Of a stretch of DNA of 64,000 bases, positions 22,100-33,040 are shown piece by piece. The position numbers and the translations under genes were made by a program. Each line of letters opens with the position of its first letter. The stretch's first letter is position 1. Source of the stretch: an uncultured Chloroflexia bacterium (GTDB taxonomy: Bacteria; Chloroflexota; Limnocylindria; Limnocylindrales; CSP1-4); assembly GCA_963757055.1 (NCBI GenBank), contig CAVWPX010000007.1, positions 5,618-69,617 on the forward strand, in the 5' to 3' direction. Under the pieces are notes generated by a model. It was not told the origin of the DNA. It did no database searches and worked only from the letters and a program-made list of their open reading frames with translations.

Positions 22100-22942
22100 T
22101 TAGCCGGCGCTCCCCAGCGACGCCCGGAGCGCGGCGATCTCCGCGCGCAGACCGGCCAGCTCCTGGACGATCGCATCCGGGACTGGATCGGGGCGGCCAC
22201 GGCGGCCACGGCCGCTTCGATCGCCGGCTCGACGGCGGTCGCCGGTCCGAGCTCGGGCTCGGGGCTTGACGGAGGCGCGACGAGCAGGCTGGCGAGGATG
22301 CTCGCGAGCGCGCCGATGATCCCGATGCCGCTGAACATCACGAAGACGGCGGTCAGTCGCCCGAGGGTCGTCACCGGGTAGTAGTCGCCATAGCCGACCG
22401 TCGTGATCGTGACGATGGCCCACCAGAGCGCGTTCCCGCCGGTCCTGATGTTGGCGTCCGGCGACCGGCTCTCCTGCTGGAGCACCAGGATGCTCGCGAC
22501 CGACAGCACCATCCCGGCAAGCAGGACCGTGATGAACGTCGCATACGAGCTGCGGTTGTCGAGGACGTCCCGGACGAGCTGCCTTGCGGTTCTGGCCGCC
22601 CAGGAGGCGGGTGATCCGCGCGAGGCGGCTCAGGCGGGCGAGCCGGAACAGCGCGGTGAACGGGAAGAACCCGAACGTCGGGATCGAGCCCAGCAGGTCC
22701 AGCCAGCCCCGCCGGCCGATGAAGTACGCGCGCTTCGGCTTCGATCCGAGGAGGTTCATCGTGAAGTCGAGCAGGAAGATCACGCAGATCGCGTTGTCGT
22801 AGACCGTGACGAGCTCCCGCGTCCCTTCGTTCAGCGGGAGGAGGGTCAGGACCATCAGGGCGAGCGAGAAGATGGTCAGGACCAGGATGAAGATGTTGTA
22901 GGCGTTCCCGTGCTCGCGGAACGTCGGTGCAGCGGCAGCCAT
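22100..22942 (-). CDS. Voltage-gated-type potassium channel / ion transporter (frameshift near 22590)
   Basis: S4-like FRLARLSRLARITR, pore ALWWAIVTITTVGYGDYYP, GRLTAV. Confidence 0.9.
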   Translation of the reverse strand: MAAAAPTFREHGNAYNIFILVLTIFSLALMVLTLLPLNEGTRELVTVYDNAICVIFLLDFTMNLLGSKPKRAYFIGRRGWLDLLGSIPTFGFFPFTALFRLARLSRLARITRLLGGQNRKAARPGRPRQPQLVCDVHHGPACRDGAVGREHPGAPAGEPVAGRQHQDRRERALVGHRHDHDGRLWRLLPGDDPRATDRRLRDVQRHRDHRRAREHPRQPARRASVKPRARARTGDRRRAGDRSGRGRRGRPDPVPDAIVQELAGLRAEIAALRASLGSAG

Positions 22943-23042
22943 GGCCAGCGCGTCCTCCTCGAGATCCGCCCCGGTCGGGGCTGGCGCCCATCCTAGGGAG
23001 TCGAGGGGCGGCGCATCGGGCGGTCCGGGGCCGGCGAGGGGA

Positions 23043-23119
23043 TGGTCGGGGAGGCGGGATTCGAACCCACGATCTCGTGCTCCCAAAGCACGCGCGTTGC
23101 CAGGCTACGCTACTCCCCG
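23043..23119 (-). tRNA. tRNA-Pro(TGG)
   Basis: 77 nt, CGGGGAG...CTCCCCG-A-CCA, anticodon arm CGTGC-TTTGGGA-GCACG, T-loop GGTTCGAATCC. Confidence 0.97.
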
Positions 23120-23164
23120 GTGACCGACGGGCGGTCGCCTAGCCTACACTGCCGCGCCCGACGC

Positions 23165-24061
23165 TCAGGCCGACGCCACCTGGCGACCCGCCAGCCAGTC
23201 GAGCTCGCGCGCCGCGTCGGCGTCCTCGCCGAAATGACCGAAGTCGCTCGCGAAGACCTCCACGTCGGGATGTGCGCCGCCAGCCAGTCGCCATGGGCCG
23301 CCGGCACCAGCGTGTCCGAGCGCCCGAACCAGAGCGACGTCTGGACCGCGATCGATCCGGACGTCGAAGCCCCACGGCGTCACGAACGCGAGGTCGTCGT
23401 CGACCCAGCCGTCGACGCCGTCGCGGAGCGTGTCGGTCATCACCTCGTCGAAGACGGCCCGGTCCTTGCGCTGCTGCTCGCGGTCGGACTCGGTGAGCTG
23501 GTACGCCTCCGGCAGGGCATCGACGGCGCCGCTGGCGACCCGATCGAGGATGGTCCGCCGGTCCTCGTCGAGCTGCTCGCGCAGCGCCGCCTCGCCGACG
23601 AGCGACAGCTCGCCCTCGCGGACGTTGCCGGCCGTCTGGCCGGCGAACCAGTCGAGCCCGTCCGCGTCGAACGGCGCGACGGCGACGACCGCGGCGCAGC
23701 GGATCACACGTTCGGGCAGGAGCGCGGCACAGGCCAGCGAGTGCGGGCCGCCGCCCGAGCGACCGGTGACCGCGAACCGCTCGATGCCGAGCGCGTCGGC
23801 GATCGTCCGGACGTCCTCCGCGATATCCGCCACGCGCCGGCCGGGCCGCCTCGTGGACTGGCCGTATCCGGCACGATCGAACGTGATGCGGCGGATCCCG
23901 GCGCGGGCGTAGATCGACGGATCCCGCCAGCGACCGAGCCGGCTGCCGGGCGTGCCGTGGATCGCGACGACCGGGAACCCGGACGGGTCGCCCCATTCGG
24001 CGACGGCGAGGGTCCGGCCGTCGGGCGCCTGGATCCGTCGCTCGATGGGGCGGTCCGGCAT
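23165..24061 (-). CDS. Alpha/beta-fold hydrolase (frameshifted near 3' end)
   Basis: PDGRTLAVAEWGDPSG.PVVAIHGTPGSR, FDRAGYG.S, GRSGGGP nucleophile elbow, PWGFD. Confidence 0.85.
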   Translation of the reverse strand: MPDRPIERRIQAPDGRTLAVAEWGDPSGFPVVAIHGTPGSRLGRWRDPSIYARAGIRRITFDRAGYGQSTRRPGRRVADIAEDVRTIADALGIERFAVTGRSGGGPHSLACAALLPERVIRCAAVVAVAPFDADGLDWFAGQTAGNVREGELSLVGEAALREQLDEDRRTILDRVASGAVDALPEAYQLTESDREQQRKDRAVFDEVMTDTLRDGVDGWVDDDLAFVTPWGFDVRIDRGPDVALVRALGHAGAGGPWRLAGGAHPDVEVFASDFGHFGEDADAARELDWLAGRQVASA

Positions 24062-24063
24062 CC

Positions 24064-24697
24064 CTAGACGGTCCACGCCGCGCCGCTCCGGCGCTCGCGC
24101 AGCGCGTTGCCCGCCGCCATCGTCGCCGCGCCGATCGCGAGGAAGCCCACGAAGATCCCGACGACATAGACGGCAACGCTGGCGTACCCGCCGTTCGCCG
24201 GGTCGAGGAACGGATAGGGGTACCAGCCATCGATGGCGCCGCGGACGAGGGTCACGGCCACCCAGACGAGCGGGAACACCAGCCAGACGAGCGTCTGCCG
24301 CCCGGTCAGACGGGTCGAGGGCGGATCGATGAGCCAGTCGACGACGAGGTAGACCGGGACGAGCTTGTGGACGACGAAGTCCACCCAGTTCACCGCGACC
24401 TGGAGGTCCTCGCCGGAGAGGAACAGGATCACGACGATGAAGGTGACGACCAGGTAGACGACCGCTGCCCCGCGGAGCAGGTCGACCCGCCGCGAGTGGA
24501 CGTCGCGCCAGACCGTCGCCATCGCGAGCAGCAGGAACGCCGCGAACAGGTTGCTCAGGACGGTGAAGAACGCGAAGAACCGGAGCGGGTCGAACGTCCC
24601 GGCCTGATGCCGAGGTCGCGATCTGATAGCCGAGCGCGATCAGCCCGAGCAGGCCGACCGTCGCCCGGACCACGGGGAGCGCCGACCGTCGATCCAT
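24064..24697 (-). CDS. Pr6Pr-family membrane protein (frameshift near 24600)
   Basis: FFAFFTVLSN, LLRGAAVVY, VVH...P...VVDWL, GWYPYPFLDP. Confidence 0.8.
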
Positions 24698-24719
24698 CGC
24701 GACCGATGGTAGCGGCGGG

Positions 24720-25145
24720 TCAGCCCTCCGGCTTGACCTCGGGGTCGAGCTTGAGCGACGCGGAGTTGATGCAGTAGCGCAGGCCGGTCGGGTTCGGGCC
24801 GTCCTCGAAGACGTGGCCCAGGTGGCCGCCGCACGCCGAGCACATCGCCTCGGTCCGCTTCATGAAGAACGAACGGTCGGTTTCGGTCGCGACCGCGGCC
24901 TCGTCGACCGGGGCGAAGAAGCTCGGCCAGCCGGTCCCGGACTCGAACTTGGTCTCGGATCGGAACAGCGGCTCGCCGCAGCCGGCGCAGCGGTAGGTCC
25001 CGGCCCGGTGCTCGTCCCACAGCTCGCCGGTGAAGGCGCGCTCGGTGCCCTTCTGGCGAAGGACGCGGTACTGCTCGGGAGTGAGTTCGGCACGCCATTC
25101 GGCGTCGGTCCTGGTCTGGGCGGACTTGCCCTTGGTCTCATGCAT
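24720..25145 (-). CDS. msrB: Peptide-methionine (R)-S-oxide reductase
   Basis: [55 protein letters not shown]. Confidence 0.96.
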   Translation of the reverse strand: MHETKGKSAQTRTDAEWRAELTPEQYRVLRQKGTERAFTGELWDEHRAGTYRCAGCGEPLFRSETKFESGTGWPSFFAPVDEAAVATETDRSFFMKRTEAMCSACGGHLGHVFEDGPNPTGLRYCINSASLKLDPEVKPEG

Positions 25146-25353
25146 GCCGTGATGATGCACCCGATATGTGGCGCTCTGATGACGTCCGGGCGTCACGCCG
25201 GCGGCCGACCGGTCGTCCCTGAGCCAGACGCCGGGTGGTCAAGGCAGGCTGAATCGACCGCCCGGCGTCTCCACACCCGACTCGACCGTCGCAGCTACAA
25301 TCGGATGCGACCACCGGCGCCAGGCGCCCTCGAACGGAGGTACCGAAGCCCGC

Positions 25354-26751
25354 GTGCAAGCCCGCCGGATCCGGCCAGACACCGGCCCGACCGACCGTCG
25401 CCGCCTCGCCGCGGCCGGTCTGTCGGCGGTCCTCCCGGGACTCGGCCAGGCGTTCAACCAGCGGCGCCGGCTGGCCCTCTGGTTCCTCATCCCATCGCTC
25501 ATCGTCCTGATCGTCGCGTTCGTCGTCGTGCGGACGCAGTCGCTGACCCATCTCGCGGCCTGGGCGATCGCGCCGGCCGTCCTCGGCACGCTGCTGATGC
25601 TCAACCTCGTGCTCCTCGCGTGGCGGCTGACCTCGGTCGGCCAGGCGTTCCTCGACACGCGGCGGGCCGGGCCGACCGGCAAGCTCGGGGTCATCGGCCT
25701 GGCCGTGATCATCGTCGCGGTGATCGTGCCGCACGCCCTGGCGTGGCACTACGGCGGCATCCTGGGCAGCACGTTCGGCAAGGTCTTCGCGGGTCGCGAG
25801 CTGACCGCCGCGGCCGACGGCGCCCCCACGGCCTCCCCGGGACCCGGCGTCACCGAGCGGGTCAACATCCTCCTCATCGGCGTCGACGCGACCTCGAAGC
25901 GGACGACCGAGCTGACCGACACGATGATGGTCGCCTCGCTCGACCCGGTCGGCCACACCGTGTCGATGGTGTCGATCCCGCGCGACCTCGTGAACGTCCC
26001 GCTCAAGGGCGGCAACGTGTACGGCCCGAAGCTCAACTCGCTGATGTCCTACGCCGACCGACACAAGGACGCCTTCCCCGCCGGCGGCATCGCCGCGCTC
26101 GAGGACGCGGTCGGGACGCTCCTGGGCATCCCGATCCACTACTACGCGCGGATCGACTTCGTGGGGTTCATCGGCATGGTCGATGCCGTCGGCGGCGTCG
26201 ACATCGATGTCGCCAAGGGCTTCTCCGACCCCGGCTACGACGGCTTCGGGCTCGACGGCCGCGGGTTCACGGTGACCAAGGGCCCGCACCACTTCACCGG
26301 CGCCGAGGCGCTCGCCTACGCCCGCGTCCGCAAGGCGCCCGGCGAGAGCGACTTCACCCGGGCGGCCCGGCAGCAGGAGGTCATCGTCGCGCTGCGCGAC
26401 CGGGTGCTCCGCGGCGGGAGCGTGCTCTGGGAGCTCCCGAAGCTGCTCGACGTCGTGGGCGACACGGTCCACACGGACATGCCGGTCGAGCGGCTGCCGG
26501 ACCTGGCGGCCGTCATGGACGAGATGGGCCGCGGCTCCATGGTCCGGGCGGTCATCAAGTTCCCGCTCGTCCACCCGATCAGCACCCGCTACGGCGACTC
26601 GCAGAACCCCGACATCACCGCGATCCGGGCGATGGCCGCGGCGCTGTTCACGGCGCCCGGCGTCGAGCCGCTCCCCTGGCCGACGCCCAAGCCGACGCCG
26701 AAGCCGAAGCCGACGAAGGCCCCGAAGGCGACCCCGACGGCCGACTCCTAG
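25354..26751 (+). CDS. LCP (LytR-CpsA-Psr) family cell-wall polymer ligase
   Basis: N-terminal TMs, NILLIGVD, TDTMMVAS, SIPRD, ALAYARVR, SDFTRAARQQ; Pro/Thr/Lys-rich tail. Confidence 0.92.
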   Translation: MQARRIRPDTGPTDRRRLAAAGLSAVLPGLGQAFNQRRRLALWFLIPSLIVLIVAFVVVRTQSLTHLAAWAIAPAVLGTLLMLNLVLLAWRLTSVGQAFLDTRRAGPTGKLGVIGLAVIIVAVIVPHALAWHYGGILGSTFGKVFAGRELTAAADGAPTASPGPGVTERVNILLIGVDATSKRTTELTDTMMVASLDPVGHTVSMVSIPRDLVNVPLKGGNVYGPKLNSLMSYADRHKDAFPAGGIAALEDAVGTLLGIPIHYYARIDFVGFIGMVDAVGGVDIDVAKGFSDPGYDGFGLDGRGFTVTKGPHHFTGAEALAYARVRKAPGESDFTRAARQQEVIVALRDRVLRGGSVLWELPKLLDVVGDTVHTDMPVERLPDLAAVMDEMGRGSMVRAVIKFPLVHPISTRYGDSQNPDITAIRAMAAALFTAPGVEPLPWPTPKPTPKPKPTKAPKATPTADS

Positions 26752-27324
26752 GCTCGCTCCTGGGACGCCCAGCGCGGGCCGGGCGGCACCCAGCGGTCGA
26801 AGCGCTCGAGGAGCGCGGGCAGGTCGGCATCGACGGTGACGAGCGTCCGGTGGTCGGGCGAGATGAACCCGTCCGCCACCGCCCGGTCCAGCCACGCGAG
26901 CAGCCCGTCCCAGTAGCCGTCCGGGCCGAGGAGCCCGATCGGCTTGCGATGCAGCTCCAGCTGCGCCCACGAGGCGACCTCGGCGAGCTCCTCGAGCGTG
27001 CCGAGCCCGCCCGGCAGCGCGATGAACCCGTCGGCCAGCTCGGCCATGCGGGCCTTGCGCTCGTGGAGCGTGTCGACGACGTCGAGCTCGGTCAGGGCCG
27101 GGTGCGCGAGCTCGCGATCGACCAGCCGCCGCGGGATCACCCCGACCACCTCGCCGCCCGCGGCGAGCGCGGCGTCCGCGAGCGCCCCCATCAGGCCGAC
27201 GCGGCCGCCGCCGTAGACCACGCCGATGCCCCGTCGCCGCCAGCCCGGCACCGACCTCGCGCGCCAGCGCGGCGTACTCGGGCGTCCGGCCGGGGCTCGC
27301 GCCGCAGAAGACGCAGATCCGCAT
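26748..27324 (-). CDS. LOG family nucleotide phosphoribohydrolase (TIGR00730-like; frameshift near 27235)
   Basis: MRICVFCGASPG, VYGGGRVGLMG, HERKARMAELADGFIALPGGLGTLEE. Confidence 0.9.
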
Positions 27325-27333
27325 GCCGGCCGC

Positions 27334-27966
27334 CTAGAAGCCGAGCGCCCGCAGGTGGGGCGTCATCCGCCGCGCCGCGGCCGACCGGTGCGAGATCGCG
27401 TGCTTCTCGGCCGGGGTCCACAGCCCCAGCGTCCGGCCGCCCGGCGGCTCGCTCGCCGGCTCGAAGATGGGGTCGTAGCCGAACCCGCCCGTCCCGCGCG
27501 GCTCCGTGGCGATCCGGCCGCGGCACGTGCCCCGCGCCAGCGTGACCGGCAGGCCGCCGCGCGGGCCGTGGACGTCGGGGAGCGCCAGCGCCAGCACGCA
27601 GACGTAGCGCGCGCCCCGGCGGTCCGCCGGCAGCCCGTCGAGCGCGCCGAGGAGCTTGCGGTTGTTGTCGTCGTCGGTGGCGTCCTCGCCGGCATACCGG
27701 CGCGTGCGGACGCCCGGCTTCCCGTCGAGCGCGTCCACCTCGATGCCGGAATCGTCGGCGAGCGTCGGCAGGCCGCTGGCGCGCGCGCCGAAGCGCGCCT
27801 TGAGCGCGGCGTTCGTCTCGAACGTCTCGCCGTCCTCGACCGGGTCGCCCGGGATGCCCAGCTCGTCGAGCGAGACCAGCTCCCCGTGGTCCAGGTGGAG
27901 CAGCTCCCGCAGCTCGCGCAGCTTGTGCGTCGAGCGGGTCGCGACCAGCAGCCGCGGACGAGCCAC
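27334..27966 (-). CDS. rdgB: Non-canonical purine NTP pyrophosphatase (ITP/XTP)
   Basis: LVAT....KLRE, EDGETFETNAALKA, LADDSGIEVDALDGKPGV, GFGYDPIF, SHR. Confidence 0.93.
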   Translation of the reverse strand: MARPRLLVATRSTHKLRELRELLHLDHGELVSLDELGIPGDPVEDGETFETNAALKARFGARASGLPTLADDSGIEVDALDGKPGVRTRRYAGEDATDDDNNRKLLGALDGLPADRRGARYVCVLALALPDVHGPRGGLPVTLARGTCRGRIATEPRGTGGFGYDPIFEPASEPPGGRTLGLWTPAEKHAISHRSAAARRMTPHLRALGF

Positions 27967-27973
27967 CGCCCGT

Positions 27974-28708
27974 CTACCGCTTGACGGTGGCGAGGATGGC
28001 GGCCTGCGCCGCGAACAGCTGCGCCAGCCCCGCGTCCGCCAGGTCGATCAGCCCGTTGGCCGCCTCGCGGTCGAAGGCCTTGCCCTCGGCGGTGCCCTGC
28101 AGCTCGACATAGGCGCCGCTGTCGGTGCCGACCACGTTGAAGTCGACGTCCGCGCGCGAGTCCTCCGAGTAGTCGAGGTCGAGCAGCGGCACGCCGTCGA
28201 CGAGGCCCACCGAGACCGCGGCGACCTTGCCCACGAGGTGGCGGTCCATGCCGTAGGTGATGAGCGCCGCGGCGAGCGCGACGTAGCCGCCGGTGATCGA
28301 CGCGGTGCGCGTCCCGCCGTCGGCCTGGAGGACGTCGCAGTCGACGGTGATCGAGCGCTCGCCCAGCCGGGTGAGGTCGACGACGCCGCGCAGCGAGCGC
28401 CCGATGAGGCGCTGGATCTCGTGCGTCCGGCCGCCGATCCGGCCCTTCGCGGACTCGCGGTCGGTGCGCTCGGCGGTGGCGCGCGGCAGCATCGAGTACT
28501 CGGCGGTGACCCAGCCGGTCCCCTTGCCGCGGAGATGGGGCGGGACGCGGTCGACGACCGTGGCCGCGCAGAGGACCTCGGTGTCGCCCATCCGGACGCG
28601 GCACGAGCCCTCGGCCCACTTCTGGACCCCCAGCTCGAAGCTGACCGGCCGGAGATCGCGGGGGCCGCGTCCGTCGGCTCGCACCGTCGGGGGATTGCCG
28701 ATGCTCAT
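27974..28708 (-). CDS. rph: Ribonuclease PH
   Basis: RADGR....[59 protein letters not shown]. Confidence 0.97.
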   Translation of the reverse strand: MSIGNPPTVRADGRGPRDLRPVSFELGVQKWAEGSCRVRMGDTEVLCAATVVDRVPPHLRGKGTGWVTAEYSMLPRATAERTDRESAKGRIGGRTHEIQRLIGRSLRGVVDLTRLGERSITVDCDVLQADGGTRTASITGGYVALAAALITYGMDRHLVGKVAAVSVGLVDGVPLLDLDYSEDSRADVDFNVVGTDSGAYVELQGTAEGKAFDREAANGLIDLADAGLAQLFAAQAAILATVKR

Positions 28709-29853
28709 GTCGTCGCCTTCTCCTCTGCCTTGGCCGCGTCCCACAGCGCGTCGAGCGACGCGAAGTCCATGTCGCGCAGGGCCACGCCCTTGCCGGCCGC
28801 CTGCCGTTCCACGCTGCCGAAGCGGCGCCGGAACTTGGCGTTCGCCGCGCGCATCGCGGCCTCCGCGTCGACGCCCTGCTTGCGCGCCACGTTGACCAGC
28901 ACGAAGAGCAGGTCGCCGAACTCCTCCGCCCACGCCCGGTCGTCGCCGTCCGCGGCCGCCTCGCGCAGCTCCTCGGTCTCCTCGATGACCTTGTCGAGCA
29001 CGCCATCGAGCGAGGGCCAGTCATAGCCGAGGTGGGCGGCCCGCTCCTGCATCTCCTGGCTGGCCGCGAGCGCGGGCAGCGAGGTGCTGATGCCGTCGAG
29101 CGCGCTCTTCGCGGCCGTCTCGCCGCCGGCGTCCGCGCGCTCCGTGGCCTTGATCCGCTCCCACTGGCGGTTGACGTCCGACGCGGTCTCCGCCTCGGCG
29201 TCGCCGAACACGTGCGGGTGGCGGCGGACGATCTTCGTCGCGAGCGCGGCCTGGACGTCGGTCAGGTCGAAGACGCCCTCCTCGGCGGCGAGCTGGGCGT
29301 GCAGGATGACCTGCAGCAGCAGGTCGCCGAGCTCGCCGGCCAGCTCGGGCGTCGCGCCGCCCTCGAGCGCGTCGTAGACCTCGTACGCCTCCTCGAGCAG
29401 GTGGCTGCGCAGCGAGGCGTGGGTCTGCTCGCGGTCCCACGGGCAGCCGTCCGGCTGGCGCAGCCGGTCGCTGATCCACGGCATCGCCCACGTCCCGGCG
29501 ACGGCCGCCTCGGGTGCGAGCGGGGCGAGATAGCAGGGCGTGGCGAGCACCGCGGCATCGAGGGCGCCGATGGTCGTCGCCTCGGCCGCGCCGAACCGCC
29601 CGACCGGGTGGTCCGCCGGATAGAGCCGGCGGAGGACGGCCAGCGGATCGTCGCCGCCGGGTCCGTGCCGACCGGGCAGCGGCGTGACGGCCCCGCTCGC
29701 GGATGCCCCGAGCAGGGCGGCCGGCACGATCAGCACGGGCCGCGAGGGCTCGATGGGCGTGCCGATGAGCCGCTCGGCGGCGACCAGCTGGACGCCCGCG
29801 CCCGGATCCAGTCCCCAGCGCAGTCGCGCCTCGGCCAGGAGGGCATCCAGCAT
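28705..29853 (-). CDS. mazG: MazG nucleoside triphosphate pyrophosphohydrolase with N-terminal extension
   Basis: [53 protein letters not shown]. Confidence 0.93.
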   Translation of the reverse strand: MLDALLAEARLRWGLDPGAGVQLVAAERLIGTPIEPSRPVLIVPAALLGASASGAVTPLPGRHGPGGDDPLAVLRRLYPADHPVGRFGAAEATTIGALDAAVLATPCYLAPLAPEAAVAGTWAMPWISDRLRQPDGCPWDREQTHASLRSHLLEEAYEVYDALEGGATPELAGELGDLLLQVILHAQLAAEEGVFDLTDVQAALATKIVRRHPHVFGDAEAETASDVNRQWERIKATERADAGGETAAKSALDGISTSLPALAASQEMQERAAHLGYDWPSLDGVLDKVIEETEELREAAADGDDRAWAEEFGDLLFVLVNVARKQGVDAEAAMRAANAKFRRRFGSVERQAAGKGVALRDMDFASLDALWDAAKAEEKATT

Positions 29854-29863
29854 GCGGCGCCCG

Positions 29864-31610
29864 CTAGCCCGCGCTGGATCCCGTGATCGACGGGTCGCGC
29901 TCGATCTTGACCACGGCCTTCTGGGCCGTGTACCAGTTCGAGAACGCGTTCGTCTTGATGGCCTCCAGCTGCCGGCCCTCCGGCGTCCGGTTCTCCTCGG
30001 CGAGGACCTTGAACAGGTACGTCCCGTCGCCGGTGATCGAGACGATGCTGCTGGTCTTGCCGACCTCCGCCGCGAAGATCGCGTCGGTCAGGCGCGGGTC
30101 GAGCTGGTTCGGCGCGACCCAGCCGAGGTCGCCGCCCTTGCTGGCGGTCTCGGCCTCGGAGTTGTCGCGGGCCAGCGCGGCGAAGTCCGCCCCGGCGTCG
30201 GCATCGGTCTTGAGCTTGGCCATCCAGGTCGCATCCGGCGCGTGGTACATGACCTGGATCACGTGCCAGCCGATGTCGGTCTTCACCGGCGCGAGCAGCT
30301 GGCCGGGCTGGAGGCCCGGGGCGAGGATCGCGGCCTTGAAGTCCTCGGCCTGCGAGAGGTCCGACTCGGCGCTGATGTAGCCGAGCTTCCCGCCCGTGCC
30401 GGTGTCGCCCTTGGCGCTCTCCTCGTCGCTCGTGGTCCGCGCCATCGAGTCGAACAGGGACGGGTCGGCCTGGAGCTTCGCGTAGGCGGCGTCGGCGTCG
30501 GCCTTGGCGGTGGCCCAGGCCGGGTCCGTGGCGGGGAGGTCGGCGGCGCCCGTCGGGTCGTCCTTCGGGGAGAACTGGATGTGGCGGACCTTGACGGCGT
30601 CCACCGGCGGCGTGGGCGAGGTCTCGGCGATGTAGATCTCGCTGACCTGGCGCTGCAGGCCGGCCTTGGACGCGTCGGCGACGATCTTGTCCTCGAGCTT
30701 CTGGTGGATCACGTCGCCCGCGACGATGTCGCGGTACTTGGCGAGGTCGATCCCGGCGTTCTGGATCTTGGCCTGGTAGGCCGCGTCGACGGTCTCGGCG
30801 GCGATCTCGCTCGCCCGGCCGATCCGGTAGATCCCGTCCGCCCCCTCGACCACGGCGGTCGGGGTGTTGGCCGCGGCCGCGAAGACCGCGTCGATGAACG
30901 CCTCGTCGCTGCCGGCGTCGTCCTTCTGGATCCAGCCGAGGTCGCCGGCCTGCGGCGCGGTGGCCGTGTCGGTCGAGACGACCTTGGCGACCTCGTCCCA
31001 GGCCTTGCCGGACTTCAGGTCGGCGAGGGCCGCGTCGGCCTTGGCCTTGGCGGCGGCCTTCTGCGCCTCGGTCGGCGCGGTCGCGCCGGCAGTCGGTCGC
31101 GGGGGCGACCTCGATGACCCACGCGTGGCGGGACTCGGGCGAGGTCGCCTCCGTCACCAGGCGGGCGTCGATGTCCTCGGGGGTCGCGGCGATCCCCTGC
31201 GCGGCCGCGAGCTTCGCCTGGAGCTTGGCGTCGATGATCCGCTCGAGGGAGTTCGGGGCCAGCTGCTGGGTCTGCTGGTCGAGGTACTGCTGCGCGGTCT
31301 GCGCCTGCGCGTCGGTCAGGCGGCCCACCTGGCGCTCGTTGACGATGCGGCTGGCGGCTTCGCTGATCCGGAACTGCTCGGCGAGGTAGCGGTCCTTGAA
31401 GTCGTCCTTGGTGATCGACTGGCCGTCCACGCTCCCGACCGAGGCCAGGTGCGTGTTGTACCAGGACAGGCCTGCGGCGAAGAGCAGGATGAGGACGGCC
31501 GCCAGGACGACGAGGCCGAAGGCAAGGTTGGTGTAGAAGTTCCGCCGGTCCTGGCTCTCCCACTGCGCCTTGTGGGTGCGCTTGACGACGGGTTTGGCTC
31601 GAAAGGTCAT
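29864..31610 (-). CDS. Membrane-anchored PrsA/SurA-like peptidyl-prolyl isomerase with two parvulin domains (frameshift near 31100)
   Basis: N-terminal TM, SurA-N-like region, VRHIQF, GGKLGYI, GWHVIQV, ASKGGDLGWV. Confidence 0.85.
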
Positions 31611-31716
31611 GGGGTGGCTGGATCCTGTTCGAATGGCGTGGCCGGTCGGCTCCGGGGAGAGACGGGGCGCGTATCGTACCGCAACGTCGCGCGAGGCCAG
31701 TCCGCGCGGATCCCGC

Positions 31717-32940
31717 TCATCGGCGCATCGTCCGGTCGACCAGGTCGAGGTAGGCACGGCCCTCGCGCTCCCATGACAGCGCGGCCACTCGCGCGTGAGC
31801 GCGCGCGACCCTCGCCTCCCGGGCCGCGGGGTCGTCGACGATCCCTTCGAGGGCGGTCGCGAGGTCCGCGGCGTCACCCGGCGCGTAGGTCACGACGTCA
31901 TCGCCGAAGGTGCGCTCGACGAGCGGCAGGCGGCTCGCGACCACGGTCCGGTCCATCGCGGCGTACTCGTACGCCTTGGTCGAGAGCGAGTAGTCGGTGA
32001 ACTCCGTCCGTCGGGTCGGCGCCAGGCCGACATCGGCGGCGGCGATGGCCGCCGGCACCTCGCCGATCGGGATGCGCCCGTGGAACGTGACCGCGTCGGC
32101 GATCCCGAGGCGCTCGGCCTGGTCGTGGAGCGGCACCTCCTCGAAGTCCCGGCCGTACAGCTCGAGGGCGACCGGGAGCGCCGGCCGGCGGGTCCGCAGG
32201 ATCCCGATCGCGTCGAGCACGACGTCGAGCTCGTAGATCGGGCTGAGCCCGCCCGCGTAGACCAGCACGAGCCGGCCGTCGGCCATGAACGGGCGGGGCG
32301 GGCTCGCGGCCGGGTCGAACCGGGCCAGCGACGGCACGTTGGGGACGATCGTCAGCTTCTCGGGCGGGACGCCCAGCCCGAGCAGCCGGTCCCCGAGGGC
32401 CTCGTTGACCGTGATGACGGCGCTCGCGTAGCGCGTCGCCAGCCGCTCCTGCAGCCCGAGGACCGCCCGCGCGATCCCGCCGAGCCGCGAATGGAAGCGG
32501 CTGCCGAAGAAGACCGGCATGGCCTCATGCAGGTCGAGGATCACGGGGACGCCGACCATCCGGAGGGGCAGCGTCGCGAAGACGAGGAAGTCGGGCAGCG
32601 TGTGCACCTGGACCAGGCCGTAGCGGCGCCTGGGGTGGGCGCGGACGAGGGCGAACCCGGCGCGGAGGAAGAACGCCAGGTACTCCGCCAGGTAGATGCC
32701 GAGCCCGGCGCCCTGGTGGCGCTGGACGCCGAGCCGCCGGACCGCGACGCCCGCGATCGTCTCCTGCCCGGGATCGGACGGGCGGCGCAGCGCATAGACG
32801 TCGACCGCATGGCCGGCCGCGGCGAGCGCCTCCGCCTCGCGCCGCACGCGCGGATCCTCCTCGTAGTAGGAGTGGGTCAGCATCGCGATGGGACGGCGTG
32901 CCGGGCCGATCGCGCCTGACGGGTCGGTCGCCCTGTCCAT
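31717..32940 (-). CDS. Glycosyltransferase family 4
   Basis: DPRVRREAEAL, VILDLHE, YAGGL, LSTKAYEYAAM. Confidence 0.88.
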   Translation of the reverse strand: MDRATDPSGAIGPARRPIAMLTHSYYEEDPRVRREAEALAAAGHAVDVYALRRPSDPGQETIAGVAVRRLGVQRHQGAGLGIYLAEYLAFFLRAGFALVRAHPRRRYGLVQVHTLPDFLVFATLPLRMVGVPVILDLHEAMPVFFGSRFHSRLGGIARAVLGLQERLATRYASAVITVNEALGDRLLGLGVPPEKLTIVPNVPSLARFDPAASPPRPFMADGRLVLVYAGGLSPIYELDVVLDAIGILRTRRPALPVALELYGRDFEEVPLHDQAERLGIADAVTFHGRIPIGEVPAAIAAADVGLAPTRRTEFTDYSLSTKAYEYAAMDRTVVASRLPLVERTFGDDVVTYAPGDAADLATALEGIVDDPAAREARVARAHARVAALSWEREGRAYLDLVDRTMRR

Positions 32941-33040
32941 GCCCGAAGAGCGTACCGCAGCGCGTGCGCGCGGACCGGATCGCCGACCGGATCGCGTGCC
33001 GTCCCGACCCGGGCCGACACCCGTGTTACCCTCCGGCCCG

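Noticed and set aside
21413-22381. 282-bp antisense overlap between the methyltransferase ORF and the K+ channel gene
   Set aside because: The homologous region ends near 22070, where an out-of-frame TGA sits; probably a 3' indel.
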